This document shows positions 41,996 through 51,217 of a stretch of 64,000 bases of DNA, piece after piece. Under the pieces are notes generated by a model, which did no database searches, was not told the origin of the DNA, and saw only the letters and a program-made list of their open reading frames with translations. Each line of letters starts with the position of its first letter. The stretch's first letter is position 1. The stretch is from Gammaproteobacteria bacterium (GTDB lineage Bacteria; Pseudomonadota; Gammaproteobacteria; Steroidobacterales; Steroidobacteraceae). The DNA lies in the NCBI GenBank assembly GCA_028870635.1, contig JAGWPE010000260.1:2612-66611 (forward strand), in the 5' to 3' direction. The translations under genes were made by a program, and so were the position numbers.

Positions 41996-43654
41996 TCAGG
42001 CGTGGATCGGCGGGAAGGCGATGAGCGCCTCCTGATCAGTGAGCGAGCCCAGTCCCTGCTTCGGGAACTTCGTGCTGAACTGCCCCTGGAACTGGGTGTG
42101 CAAGGACATGTAATTGAGGACCACCATCTCGACGAGCTGCTCGACGGAGTTCGCTCCCGGGCTCGAGGTGCTGACGACCGAGCCGTCGGCGCTGAAGTAA
42201 CCGATCTGCTGGCTGGCGGCCCCGTTGAGCGGCGCCGTCCGGCCGTTGGGATTGTAGAGGAGAAAGAAGGTGGCCGCGACTGCCGAGGAGTCGCCCTGCC
42301 AGGCGAGCTTGTCGCGCCCGGCCGGGGTGGTGTCGACCATGCTGCTCGAGGTGAGCGAGCCGTCGCTGAACACGTAGATCATGACGGGCTTGCCGAGGCG
42401 CTGGGCGTACTCGAGCACGGCGCCGATCATCTGACCCGCCTTGAAATTGCGCGTCTCGCCCGTCGCCCGCGTGTTGTCGTGATAGTCGAACCCGCCGATG
42501 GAGATCGTGCCCGCCCCTGCGTAGCCGTTCAGCACGAGTTTCATGACCGTCGCCGTCATGGCGACGTCGGAATCGCTGAAGTCCGAGGCGGTGAAGATCG
42601 GTGTGCCCCCGCCGGTGATGTTCGCATCCTGCCTGGGATCGAGGTCCGACGGGTTGCCGAAATTCGCCGAGTTGTAGGCGGCCTTCACATAGTTGCAGCG
42701 CACCTGGTTCTTGAGCTGCGCATCGGACGGCGGATCGGTGTAGAGCTGTACGCCGGGCGTGCCGGTACCGGTATTGGGCTCGGTCAGCACGCCCGTGAAG
42801 GCGGATGCCGGGTCCGATGCGCCGGCACTGTAAGGAGTGGTGCCGGAGCTGATGCGCGCCTGGGATTCCTGCACCGCCACGGAGAGCTCATCGGCACTCG
42901 TCCCGGAGCTCACCAGTCCGACGGCATCGCTCGGCCGATCGATCGTGCTCGGCTGCAGCGCAGAGTTGATCGGCACACCGCCGAGACTCGGCGGCGCCAT
43001 GGAATTGCCGCCGGAGATCGTGGGCTCCGTGCCCACGAGCGTCAGCAGCGAACCGCTGGCGCCGACGTTCGCGATGCCGTACATGGGATTGTGGGGATTG
43101 ATGTTGGTGTCATTCTCCGACAGCGCGGGGAAGACCGCCCCATTGGTGCCGGCGGCCGTGGCCGGGGTCGTGGCTTTCGACAGTATGCCGCGCAGGATGG
43201 CCCCGTCGGAATGCCACAGGAGGCCGAGCGCATTGCTCACGAACCCGGCGGAGCTCGGCACCATGTTGCCCGGAACGCCCATCTTGCCGTAGCCGGCGGT
43301 GGAGAGGAAATTCGCCTGGCCTCCCTGCACGCCCACGATGACCTCCGAGCCCACCAGATTGGCGCCGCCGGCGAGATCGAAACAGATGAAGGGTACCAGG
43401 CCCGCGCCCAGCGATATGTCGCACTGTGTGGTGCCGGTGGCGAGGGTCCCGATGTCGCTGTCGAGCGCAATGGCCGCGCCGGCCTTGCCCGGCTTCAGCA
43501 GAGCGGCGAGCCACGCCGGCGCCATCACCAGTCCCGAGGCGCCCATGAAACCCGCGGAAAGCAGCTCCCGGCGCGTGACCGGACGCCTGTGGTTCTCGTG
43601 CAGGATCGGCTCGTGCAGCGCATGCGGACGGGGAGGCTTCTTTCGGATGAGCAT
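41996..43654 (-). CDS. Tat-exported DUF1501/DUF1552-like protein (552 aa)
   Basis: Twin-arginine leader VTRRELLSAGFMGASGLVMAPAW. GGFDYHDNTRATGE resembles the metal-site motif of DUF1501-type (alkaline-phosphatase-superfamily-like) proteins. The family assignment is tentative. Confidence 0.6.
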   Translation of the reverse strand: MLIRKKPPRPHALHEPILHENHRRPVTRRELLSAGFMGASGLVMAPAWLAALLKPGKAGAAIALDSDIGTLATGTTQCDISLGAGLVPFICFDLAGGANLVGSEVIVGVQGGQANFLSTAGYGKMGVPGNMVPSSAGFVSNALGLLWHSDGAILRGILSKATTPATAAGTNGAVFPALSENDTNINPHNPMYGIANVGASGSLLTLVGTEPTISGGNSMAPPSLGGVPINSALQPSTIDRPSDAVGLVSSGTSADELSVAVQESQARISSGTTPYSAGASDPASAFTGVLTEPNTGTGTPGVQLYTDPPSDAQLKNQVRCNYVKAAYNSANFGNPSDLDPRQDANITGGGTPIFTASDFSDSDVAMTATVMKLVLNGYAGAGTISIGGFDYHDNTRATGETRNFKAGQMIGAVLEYAQRLGKPVMIYVFSDGSLTSSSMVDTTPAGRDKLAWQGDSSAVAATFFLLYNPNGRTAPLNGAASQQIGYFSADGSVVSTSSPGANSVEQLVEMVVLNYMSLHTQFQGQFSTKFPKQGLGSLTDQEALIAFPPIHA

Positions 43655-43678
43655 GGCGTGTGATCTCCTCGTGCCCGG

Positions 43679-46180
43679 CTACTTCAGGGTGAGAGCTGCG
43701 CTGCCGAGCGCCGCCTGGCAGGCCGCCTGGGTCGCCACGGAGACCGTGGCGGTGTAGCTCAGGCTCAGAGTCGGGATCCGGTTCAAGAGCGCGGTGAGCT
43801 CGCTTTGCAGGGCCGTGGCATAGGCCGGGTCGACCGTCGAGCCGACGGCCAGCGCATTCACCAGCGGATTGATCACGATGTCCTCGCTGGCGGTCGTGTT
43901 GAAGAACGAGCCCGCCGGAGTCGTCAGATTGTTGTCGAGCCCCGTGCCGAAGAGGCCGTCGCGGTACGAGGCGTTGCTCACGAGCTCGCTGCAGTACGCG
44001 CCCGCGAGCTGCGTTATGGCCATCTGCTCGGAGGCCGTGAATGCGCCTATCTGCGGCACGGCGGGCAGCGACTGCTCCACCGCGGCATAGGCTGCCGAGA
44101 CGACCGAATCGCTGACCGGCACGCCGGTCACGACCGACATGGAGGCGTTCACCTCGGCGAAGGTATGCACGCCGAGGTCCGGCCGCGCCGTATTGTCGTA
44201 GGACGTCGGATTGGGCGGGACGGAGGGCTCGACGTAGACGTTGGTCTGATTGCCGAGCTGGTCGAACGACAGGAAGAACATGTCGCTGGTCACGCCGGTG
44301 TCGACGCCGATCACCGCGCCGACGCTGGAAAGGAGCTGCCCGTTGGCCGCCGAATAGGCCGGCGCGCCGATCGTGGTGTTGAGGGTCGAGAACGACTGTC
44401 CGACCGTCGGGATCTGCCCGTTGATGCCGATCCGCATGCCTGCGACCGGGATGTTCTGCGGCTGCGCATTGGCGGTGAGGGTGATGAACGTCGGATCGTA
44501 GAAAAGATAGCTGTAATTGTCGTACTGCGCCGCGGTCATCATGATGTAGGACTGGGGAATGCCCACGACGGCGCTCACATCGAACAGCAGGTAATACTTC
44601 TGCCCGACCCCGGCATTGAAATTCTGCTGGATCTGCGCGGGTGTGAGCGCCGAATCGTGGATGGCGAGCATCCTGATCTCGCCCAGCCACTGCCGGTCGC
44701 CCGTGGTCTCGTTGCCGAGCACCAGCGCGAAGGTATTGTCCCAGTTGGCTAGCGAGCCGCCGCCGTTCGGGTCGGCGTCGCCGGTGAACTGGCCGTTCAC
44801 GTACAACCTCTGGCCGTTGACCGGATCGTAGGTGAGCACTATGTGCTGCAGAGCCGCCTGGGCGAAGTTTCCGGTCATGGAAGTCAGCAGCGGCGGGTTG
44901 CCGTTGGTGTCCGTCTTGTCGCTGCGCGTCTGCGCCTGGTACTGCGTGGCGGTCTGACCCAGCGTGACGTCGCGCGCCGTGTCACTGCCGGAATAGCTGA
45001 CGATGTTCGCCTTCGTCTGGGTGATGTTGGCTGGGGATGCCCACACCTCGATCGAGTACTCGCCGGTGGTCTGGATGAGGTTTGCGATCTTCTGGCTGCT
45101 CGTGGTCAGCGCCTGCGCGCGGCTTCCCTGGCCGAAGATGACTCCCCAGGCCTGATCCCACGTCGTGTTGCCGGAGACCGTCAGATCGGCCTCGGGACTG
45201 ACGCCGCTCGTGTCGTAGGCGACGCTGCCCGAGCCTTCCTTGAACTCGTATTTGGCGATCGTGTCGGCGTCATACCGGCTGCCGCCCGAGGCGATGATGC
45301 CCTGCTGCAGCATGAGCGCCTTCGAGATCACCCACGAGGAAGGGACGGTGGCCGGCGTGATGGTGTTGGCGAAACTGGTGATGGCGGCGAGCATCTGTGC
45401 CGCGCTGCCGGGACAGTCCGGCGAGCCGCCGGCGGTGGTCGGCCAGCAGTGGTGCGACTCGGTGGCCAGGCGCTCGACGAAGCGCGAGGCGGCAGGATCG
45501 TCGAGATTGATCTTAGGCTGCGCCTCGATATACGCCTGCGCCAGGCTCGAGCTCGCGAAATACGGCGCTTGCGGCGTGGCGGAATTGGGATCGTGGCACT
45601 GCGAGCAGAAGGTCCTGAGCATCGGCCAGACGGTCGACCCGAAATTACTGGGGTCGCTCGGGAAGGTCTTGGTGCCGCCCACCGACTGATCCGGCGGCGG
45701 CAACAGCTGCACCTTCTCCGCGGCGCCGGCGCCGCCGCCGATCCAGTTCTGGATCCAGGTGAGCATCGTATCCGCGCAGGCCTGCGGCGCGGCGACCCAG
45801 CAATTGTGTCCGCCGCCGACCCGCTGCACCAGCGTCGACTCGCCCGGCTGCGAGGTGTTCACCAGCGGCAGGGCCGCCTGATAGGCGAGATTCACGTCAT
45901 CGGAGCGCGCAAACTGCGGTGACTGTCCTCCCGCGTAGTGGCAGCCGCCGCAGCGGTCCGAGGAGCGGATGTTGTTCCACAGGCTCACTTGGAAGGCCTG
46001 GACGTCCTTGCTCGCCGGCGCGGGCCCGGTGTAATTGCTCGTCGGGGCGGTCCCCGTCGACTGGTTGACCTGAGTCGCGGGACCGCTCGGTCCGCAGCCG
46101 GTCAGCGTCGCGAGAAGCAAGAGACCGGCAGCCGCGGCGAGCGGGCGCGCAGTCATGAAAGCAGGCTCGAGGCGGCTCAT
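43679..46180 (-). CDS. Lipoprotein with duplicated CxxCH module, LamG (concanavalin-like) domain and long C-terminal region (833 aa)
   Basis: Lipobox LATLTGC. Heme-c motifs CGGCH and CSQCH, each followed ~50 aa later by H-x-CW...C. LamG-like segment LVLGNETTGDRQWLGEIRMLAIHDSALTPAQIQQNF. Confidence 0.7.
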   Translation of the reverse strand: MSRLEPAFMTARPLAAAAGLLLLATLTGCGPSGPATQVNQSTGTAPTSNYTGPAPASKDVQAFQVSLWNNIRSSDRCGGCHYAGGQSPQFARSDDVNLAYQAALPLVNTSQPGESTLVQRVGGGHNCWVAAPQACADTMLTWIQNWIGGGAGAAEKVQLLPPPDQSVGGTKTFPSDPSNFGSTVWPMLRTFCSQCHDPNSATPQAPYFASSSLAQAYIEAQPKINLDDPAASRFVERLATESHHCWPTTAGGSPDCPGSAAQMLAAITSFANTITPATVPSSWVISKALMLQQGIIASGGSRYDADTIAKYEFKEGSGSVAYDTSGVSPEADLTVSGNTTWDQAWGVIFGQGSRAQALTTSSQKIANLIQTTGEYSIEVWASPANITQTKANIVSYSGSDTARDVTLGQTATQYQAQTRSDKTDTNGNPPLLTSMTGNFAQAALQHIVLTYDPVNGQRLYVNGQFTGDADPNGGGSLANWDNTFALVLGNETTGDRQWLGEIRMLAIHDSALTPAQIQQNFNAGVGQKYYLLFDVSAVVGIPQSYIMMTAAQYDNYSYLFYDPTFITLTANAQPQNIPVAGMRIGINGQIPTVGQSFSTLNTTIGAPAYSAANGQLLSSVGAVIGVDTGVTSDMFFLSFDQLGNQTNVYVEPSVPPNPTSYDNTARPDLGVHTFAEVNASMSVVTGVPVSDSVVSAAYAAVEQSLPAVPQIGAFTASEQMAITQLAGAYCSELVSNASYRDGLFGTGLDNNLTTPAGSFFNTTASEDIVINPLVNALAVGSTVDPAYATALQSELTALLNRIPTLSLSYTATVSVATQAACQAALGSAALTLK

Positions 46181-46204
46181 GGCTTACCCCCTGATCAAGC
46201 CGGC

Positions 46205-47422
46205 TCAGGACCCGGCGCACGCGGCGGCAGATTCCTGAAACACCTGTTTCAGGTGATAGCCGCTGTCTTTGAAGTCCTTCTCGATGGTCGCGACCGTCGT
46301 CTGGTCGGTCTGGCTCACCGGTGCGCGCAGGCACACCTGCTGGAAGACCTTGACGACCTGGCAGTTGGCGAACGCCTCGGTATTCTCGAGCTCCTGGCCC
46401 AGGGACGCCGCGCCCTCGCCGCTGCCGGGCAGGCTCGCGTCCCAGCCGAGGCCGGCGTTCGGCCCCGAGCGCCAGCGGTTCGACCAGGTATCGTCGGGCG
46501 TGACGAAGCCCCAGGGGAAGTTCTGGGGATTCTTCAGGTACTTCGGCTGCACCTGCCCCTGCGTGTACACGAGCTGGTTGCTGGTGGTGCTGAAATCGTA
46601 GTAGGCGAACGCCTGCGCCATCGGATCCATGCCGCTGTGGCAGCCGGCGCAGTTGTTGAGGAACACCCGGCTGTCGCCGCCGGGAGAGCGCGCCACGTCC
46701 TGGCGGATCCGGTCGGTCGGCCGCGTATTGTCCATCACCGTCTGCATGTCGTGGCAGAGGTAGTTGAGCATCGTGAAGCGGAATTGCGCGCGGTTGGTGC
46801 CCAGCACGAAGAAGGCAGCGGCTCCCGCGCGCGTCGTCCATACGCCCGCGACCGCCTGGGCCGGAGTGCCGTACACCGCCGTCTGGGTGTTCTGCTGCAG
46901 AGCGCTGGCGAAGTCGACGCCATCCGCCTCGGCCGTCGCGTAGTGATCGTTGTTCGCCGGCGAAGGCGCCGGCAGGCCCGGCGCATTGACGGTATAGAGA
47001 ATGTTCGCCGACAGCACCGTATTGAACGGCACGTCGTCCCGCACCATGCCGATCACGGTGGCCGTATAGTCGTTGAACGGGACGAACGCCGACTGATTGC
47101 GGTTGGTCCAGGGATTGACGAATTCCTTCAGCGTCACATCGTAGAAATCCGGGGCGTTCTGCGGATCGGTGGCGACGGCCGCGGCGGCTATGAGGCTCTG
47201 CTGGCTGCCCTGGCCGCTCGTGATGAGCTGCGTCATCTGCGAGAGCACCTGGGACGAGGGCGGTACGCCGGCGAGGCGCGTGTAGATGCGCCGCGCCTGC
47301 TCGGCATAACCGGCGTAAGCGGGAGGGGCCGCCTGCACCGCCAACAGCGCGAGGGCGACCGCGCCGCAGACGGCGCGCGGCGCGAGAGACTCGCGGCGGC
47401 GGTTTTTCACTCGATGTTTCAT
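46205..47422 (-). CDS. Secreted CxxCH protein, DUF1588-like (405 aa)
   Basis: Signal AVALALLAVQAAPPAYA. NNCAGCHSGMDPMAQAFAYYDF resembles the C-x-x-C-H-x-x-[IM]-D-P motif of planctomycete-type DUF1588/PSCyt3 proteins. Tentative. Confidence 0.6.
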   Translation of the reverse strand: MKHRVKNRRRESLAPRAVCGAVALALLAVQAAPPAYAGYAEQARRIYTRLAGVPPSSQVLSQMTQLITSGQGSQQSLIAAAAVATDPQNAPDFYDVTLKEFVNPWTNRNQSAFVPFNDYTATVIGMVRDDVPFNTVLSANILYTVNAPGLPAPSPANNDHYATAEADGVDFASALQQNTQTAVYGTPAQAVAGVWTTRAGAAAFFVLGTNRAQFRFTMLNYLCHDMQTVMDNTRPTDRIRQDVARSPGGDSRVFLNNCAGCHSGMDPMAQAFAYYDFSTTSNQLVYTQGQVQPKYLKNPQNFPWGFVTPDDTWSNRWRSGPNAGLGWDASLPGSGEGAASLGQELENTEAFANCQVVKVFQQVCLRAPVSQTDQTTVATIEKDFKDSGYHLKQVFQESAAACAGS

Positions 47423-47460
47423 GGCACCCGTTCACTCCCAAATGCCGATGCGCGGGCAGC

Positions 47461-47490
47461 ACTATACCGGCTGGAAATGGCGGAAACCAA
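47461..47490 (-). promoter_or_regulatory. Possible sigma-70 promoter for the minus-strand arm
   Basis: On the minus strand: TTGGTT (47490-47485), 18-nt spacer, TATAGT (47466-47461), ~38 nt upstream of ATG 47422. Prediction from pattern alone. Confidence 0.25.
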
Positions 47491-47777
47491 CGTCGCAGGA
47501 CGCCGACATTCCTGTTGTTTGATGTCACTTTCCAACAATCCCCGTCCATCGCCGCCGCAGTCCGCGCTGTTGGCTCGATCGGCGCCCGCCAAAGTGCGAG
47601 TCCGTTCACGGCGGTGCACTGACATGAGAGGGCCTACTAGCGCGGCTCGAATCGCGGACCGGCCGCAAACGTGACCGGATCGACACGGCCGCAAGAACGG
47701 CTGCGGCGACGCTCAGGTTATGTTACGTTCGCCCCTCGCCGGAATCGGCCGCGACGGGCCCGTCCGGAGTGGTTGGC

Positions 47778-50444
47778 ATGAGCTTGCAGCGTGAAATCGT
47801 GACGCAGTTCTCAGAAAGACCGCGGGTCCGGACACCGGGCCGCCGCGCCGCGGCGGCGCTCATCCTCTGCCTCGCCCTGACCCTCGGCGGCTGCGGCGGC
47901 GGCGGCGGCGGCAGCGTCAATCTTGCCAACAGCCAGGGGCCGGACCCCGGCACCGTCGATTTCCCGATTTTCTACGTCAAGCGGACGATTCCCAAGACGT
48001 CCGATGACTTACGCATGATGCGCGTAACCTCTCCGTCGGCGGATCTCTACATGCGCTCCGCCGCTTCGCCGAATGCGCCGGAGACGAACATCACCGCGCG
48101 CATCACCGCCGGCAAGAGCTACGACGTAAAGGATGTAGATGTGTCGCCGGACGGCACCAGGGTCGCGTTCGCGATGCGAGGGCCCGTCACGGCGAACATG
48201 GATCCGGCAAAGGCCCCTTCCTGGCGCATCTACGAATACACGATCGCGACCAATACGCTCGCGCCGATGATCGACCCGGCGGCGGACACGGCGCCGACCA
48301 CGGTGAACGATGTCTCGCCGCATTACCTACCGGACGGCAGCATCGTCTTCTCCTCCACGCGCCAGAGGAATTCGCAGGCGATCCTGATCAACGAGGGCAA
48401 GCCGCAGTTCATCGCCGAAGACGAGGCGCGCACCGAGCCGATCTTCGACCTGCACGTGATCAGCGCCGACCGCACCAAGATCGATCAGATCTCGTTCAAT
48501 CAGAGCCATGACCGCGACGCCACCGTGCTCGCCGACGGACGCATTCTCTTCACCCGCTGGAACCATACCCCGGGCAAGGACCAGATGGATCTCTACACGA
48601 TCAATCCGGACGGCACGGACCTCGAGCTCTACTACGGCGCCCAGAGCCACATGACCGGCACCAACGGCAGCGTCATCGAGTTCTCCCATCCGCACGAGAT
48701 GCAGAGCGGCAATGTTCTCGTGATCGCGCGGCAATACACCGGCGTCGACTTCGGCGGCCAGCTGGAGATCATCGACGGTACCCACTATGTGGAGAACACG
48801 CAGCCGCTCCTAGCCTATCCCGCGCTCACGGGACCTGCCCAGATGCCGGCGACGACCAATCCCGTGAGCACGCTCCCGGGACCCTCCCCGGGCGGCAGAT
48901 TCTATTCCGCATGGCCGCTCTGGGACGGCACGGGACGCGTCCTGGTGAGCTGGAGCGAGTGCCGGCTGCTCGACAACACCCAGACTCCGCCGGCCATCGT
49001 GCCCTGCACGACCCAGGCGCTGCAGAACCCCAACGCTCAGGCCGCCCCGCCGCTCTACAGCCTGTGGATGTTCGATCCCGTCCAGAACACCTTCACCCCG
49101 ATCATTCAGCCCACCGAGGGAGTGATGGTCACGGACGTCGCCGCCGCGCAGCCGCGGACGATTCCGAAGATCATTCCGCCCATCACTCCGGATCCGGAGC
49201 TCCAGGGCGAAGGCGTGGGTGAGGTCGACATCAAGAGCGTCTATGACTTCGATGGAGTGGATACGGCGCCAGGCGGAATCGTGACGCTCTCCGACGGCAA
49301 GACGCCGGCCACCGCCCGGCCGGCCCGCTTCATCCGCATGGTGAAAGCGGTCTCGATCCCGGACCGGACGGTGATCAATCTCGCGCAGGCGGCGTTCGGC
49401 GCCTCTGACTACATGCGGGAGATCATGGGTTACGCGCCGATCGAGCCGGATGGCTCGGTGAAGATCAAAGTCCCGGCGGACGTCGCCTTCGAGATCAGCA
49501 TCCTGGACGCCAACGGTCGGCGCGTCCCCGGCGTCCCGGAGCACAGCGACTGGCTGCAGCTGAGAGCCGGCGAGGTGGTCACGTGCAACGGCTGCCACAC
49601 ACCGCCGACCACGGCCAAGCCCTACTCGCACGGGCGGGCCGGCTTGTTTCCCGCCGCTTACTCCGGAGCGGCGGGCGGCGCACCGTTTCCGGACAGCGTC
49701 GCGACGTACCTGCCTCAGGCCGGCCAGACCATGGCTGAGGCGCGCGCAGCCGTCAGCTGCGTGGGCAGCGCTCTCTCCACGGCGCAGTGCAGCATGACGC
49801 CCAGCATCGACGTGTTCTACACGGACGTGTGGACCGATACCTCGCAGGGCCTGACGGCGAATCCGACCATCGCTTATCAGTACTCGGCGCTGCCGACCGG
49901 CGAGGTGGCGCCCATCCCCGCGGCCACTCCCGGATGCGAGGGCACCTGGGCCTCGAACTGCCGCATCGTCATCAATTATCCGGAGCACATCCAGCCGATC
50001 TGGGACGAGCCGCGGAAGGTGACGGACGCTTCGGGCAACGTCACGGCCGACCACACCTGCACCCAGGGCGGCTGCCACAGCCCGACGAACGCCGCCGGGG
50101 CGCCCGCGCAGCCGGCCGGCAACCTGGACCTCTCGAAGACGGCCTCGAACTCCGATCCGAACGAGCTCGTCTCCTATGTCGACCTGCTGTTCCCCCACAA
50201 CATCCCCGGGCCGCCCGATGCGAGCGGCAATCCGACCACCATCTCCGTGGGGCCGTTTCTCGATGCCGGCAGTGCCAACGGCCCGGACTCGCAGGCCTCG
50301 CTGGCGCTGTTCGCCAGCGGCAGCGGCGATGCCATCCACGCGGGAATTCTCTCGCCCGATGAGCTGCGCCTGATCTCCGAGTGGCTCGACATCGGCGCAC
50401 AGAACTACAACAACCCGTTCGATCCGAACGTGCCGAAGAATTAG
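47778..50444 (+). CDS. Lipoprotein with TolB/PD40-like beta-propeller and C-terminal CxxCH-containing region (about 890 aa)
   Basis: Lipobox LALTLGGC followed by a Gly6 linker. PD40-like repeats (DVDVSPDGTRVAFAM, SPHYLPDGSIVFSS, LADGRILFTRW, INPDGTDLELYY). CNGCH plus CTQGGCH (CX4CH). The domain order recalls proteins carrying a hydrazine-synthase-alpha-like middle domain; this is tentative. An alternative GTG lies at 47769. Confidence 0.7.
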   Translation: MSLQREIVTQFSERPRVRTPGRRAAAALILCLALTLGGCGGGGGGSVNLANSQGPDPGTVDFPIFYVKRTIPKTSDDLRMMRVTSPSADLYMRSAASPNAPETNITARITAGKSYDVKDVDVSPDGTRVAFAMRGPVTANMDPAKAPSWRIYEYTIATNTLAPMIDPAADTAPTTVNDVSPHYLPDGSIVFSSTRQRNSQAILINEGKPQFIAEDEARTEPIFDLHVISADRTKIDQISFNQSHDRDATVLADGRILFTRWNHTPGKDQMDLYTINPDGTDLELYYGAQSHMTGTNGSVIEFSHPHEMQSGNVLVIARQYTGVDFGGQLEIIDGTHYVENTQPLLAYPALTGPAQMPATTNPVSTLPGPSPGGRFYSAWPLWDGTGRVLVSWSECRLLDNTQTPPAIVPCTTQALQNPNAQAAPPLYSLWMFDPVQNTFTPIIQPTEGVMVTDVAAAQPRTIPKIIPPITPDPELQGEGVGEVDIKSVYDFDGVDTAPGGIVTLSDGKTPATARPARFIRMVKAVSIPDRTVINLAQAAFGASDYMREIMGYAPIEPDGSVKIKVPADVAFEISILDANGRRVPGVPEHSDWLQLRAGEVVTCNGCHTPPTTAKPYSHGRAGLFPAAYSGAAGGAPFPDSVATYLPQAGQTMAEARAAVSCVGSALSTAQCSMTPSIDVFYTDVWTDTSQGLTANPTIAYQYSALPTGEVAPIPAATPGCEGTWASNCRIVINYPEHIQPIWDEPRKVTDASGNVTADHTCTQGGCHSPTNAAGAPAQPAGNLDLSKTASNSDPNELVSYVDLLFPHNIPGPPDASGNPTTISVGPFLDAGSANGPDSQASLALFASGSGDAIHAGILSPDELRLISEWLDIGAQNYNNPFDPNVPKN

Positions 50445-50452
50445 GACCAGGC

Positions 50453-51217
50453 TTGCGCAGCGCCCTGACCGCCCTCCTGTTGCTACTTGCAATGCTCATG
50501 GCTCCGGCCGTGTGCAGCGCCCACCTGTTCAAGCACCACGCGCGCCGCTACGTGCAGGTATACGTCAAGACCCCATATCTCGAGCTGCACACGGGACCTG
50601 GCCGTGGCTATCCGGTATTCGACGTCGTCCCGCGGGGCGAGAGTGTCACCGTACTCTTCCGGCGTACGCAATGGCTGAAGGTCCGTACTCGCCGGGGCGC
50701 CGAGGGATGGGCGTCGGAAGACGACATGCTGCAGACAGTGCTCGCCGACGGCCGGGCCCTGCCGCTGCACATCGGCAACCGCGCCGGATTCACCTCACAC
50801 CGCTTCGAGGCGGGAGCATTCGCGGGCGTCTATGGCGGCGCGAACCTCGTCTCCGCATACACGTCCCTGTCGTTCAACCCGCAGCTGGCCGTCGAGGCGT
50901 CGGTCGGCCAGATCCTCGGCAGGTATTCCAACGGCGTCACCGCCGACATCGGCCTCACTCACGTGCCGATGCCGCAGTGGCGGCTGAGCCCCTTCCTGAT
51001 GCTCGGCCTCGGGGTATTGCACGTGGAGCCGAAGGCTACTCTGGTTCAACCGGCGAACCGCACCGAGCAGACGGCGTATGTGGGGGGCGGCTTTCGCTAT
51101 TACATCGGCCGCAGCTTCTTCCTGCGCGCCGAATACAAGACTCATGTCGTGATCACGACGCAGAATCGAAATCAGGTGGAGGACGAATGGAAACTCGGGT
51201 TCGCGGTCTTTTTCTGA
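50453..51217 (+). CDS. SH3-like domain fused to an outer-membrane beta-barrel domain
   Basis: TTG 50453 gives the signal (M)RSALTALLLLLAMLMAPAVCSA; an ATG alternative lies at 50492. SH3_3-like YLELHTGPGRGYPVFDVVPRGESVTVLFRRTQWLKVRT..GAEGWA. The C-terminal barrel ends in the aromatic ...WKLGFAVFF. Confidence 0.65.
   Translation: MRSALTALLLLLAMLMAPAVCSAHLFKHHARRYVQVYVKTPYLELHTGPGRGYPVFDVVPRGESVTVLFRRTQWLKVRTRRGAEGWASEDDMLQTVLADGRALPLHIGNRAGFTSHRFEAGAFAGVYGGANLVSAYTSLSFNPQLAVEASVGQILGRYSNGVTADIGLTHVPMPQWRLSPFLMLGLGVLHVEPKATLVQPANRTEQTAYVGGGFRYYIGRSFFLRAEYKTHVVITTQNRNQVEDEWKLGFAVFF

Noticed and set aside
47641-47665. tRNA-like T-arm sequence GGCTCGAATCGCGG
   Set aside because: The flanks do not form a T-stem and no acceptor, D or anticodon arms can be drawn, so the resemblance is due to chance.
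47774-47788. Sigma-54-like motif TGGCAT-GAGC-TTGCA at the start of the beta-propeller gene
   Set aside because: The spacing is N4 instead of N5 (GG-N9-GC), which sigma-54 does not tolerate. The motif also overlaps the ATG at 47778, so it would have no gene to serve.
47895-47912. (GGC)6 trinucleotide repeat as a phase-variation switch
   Set aside because: The repeat is in frame and encodes the Gly6 linker after the lipobox Cys. Slippage would change only the linker length, not the on/off state.
45938-50492. Long shadow ORFs 45938-47674(+) and 48810-50492(-)
   Set aside because: They are antisense to the DUF1588-like and LamG genes and to the beta-propeller gene. The composition is Arg/Gly/His-rich and no motifs are present.
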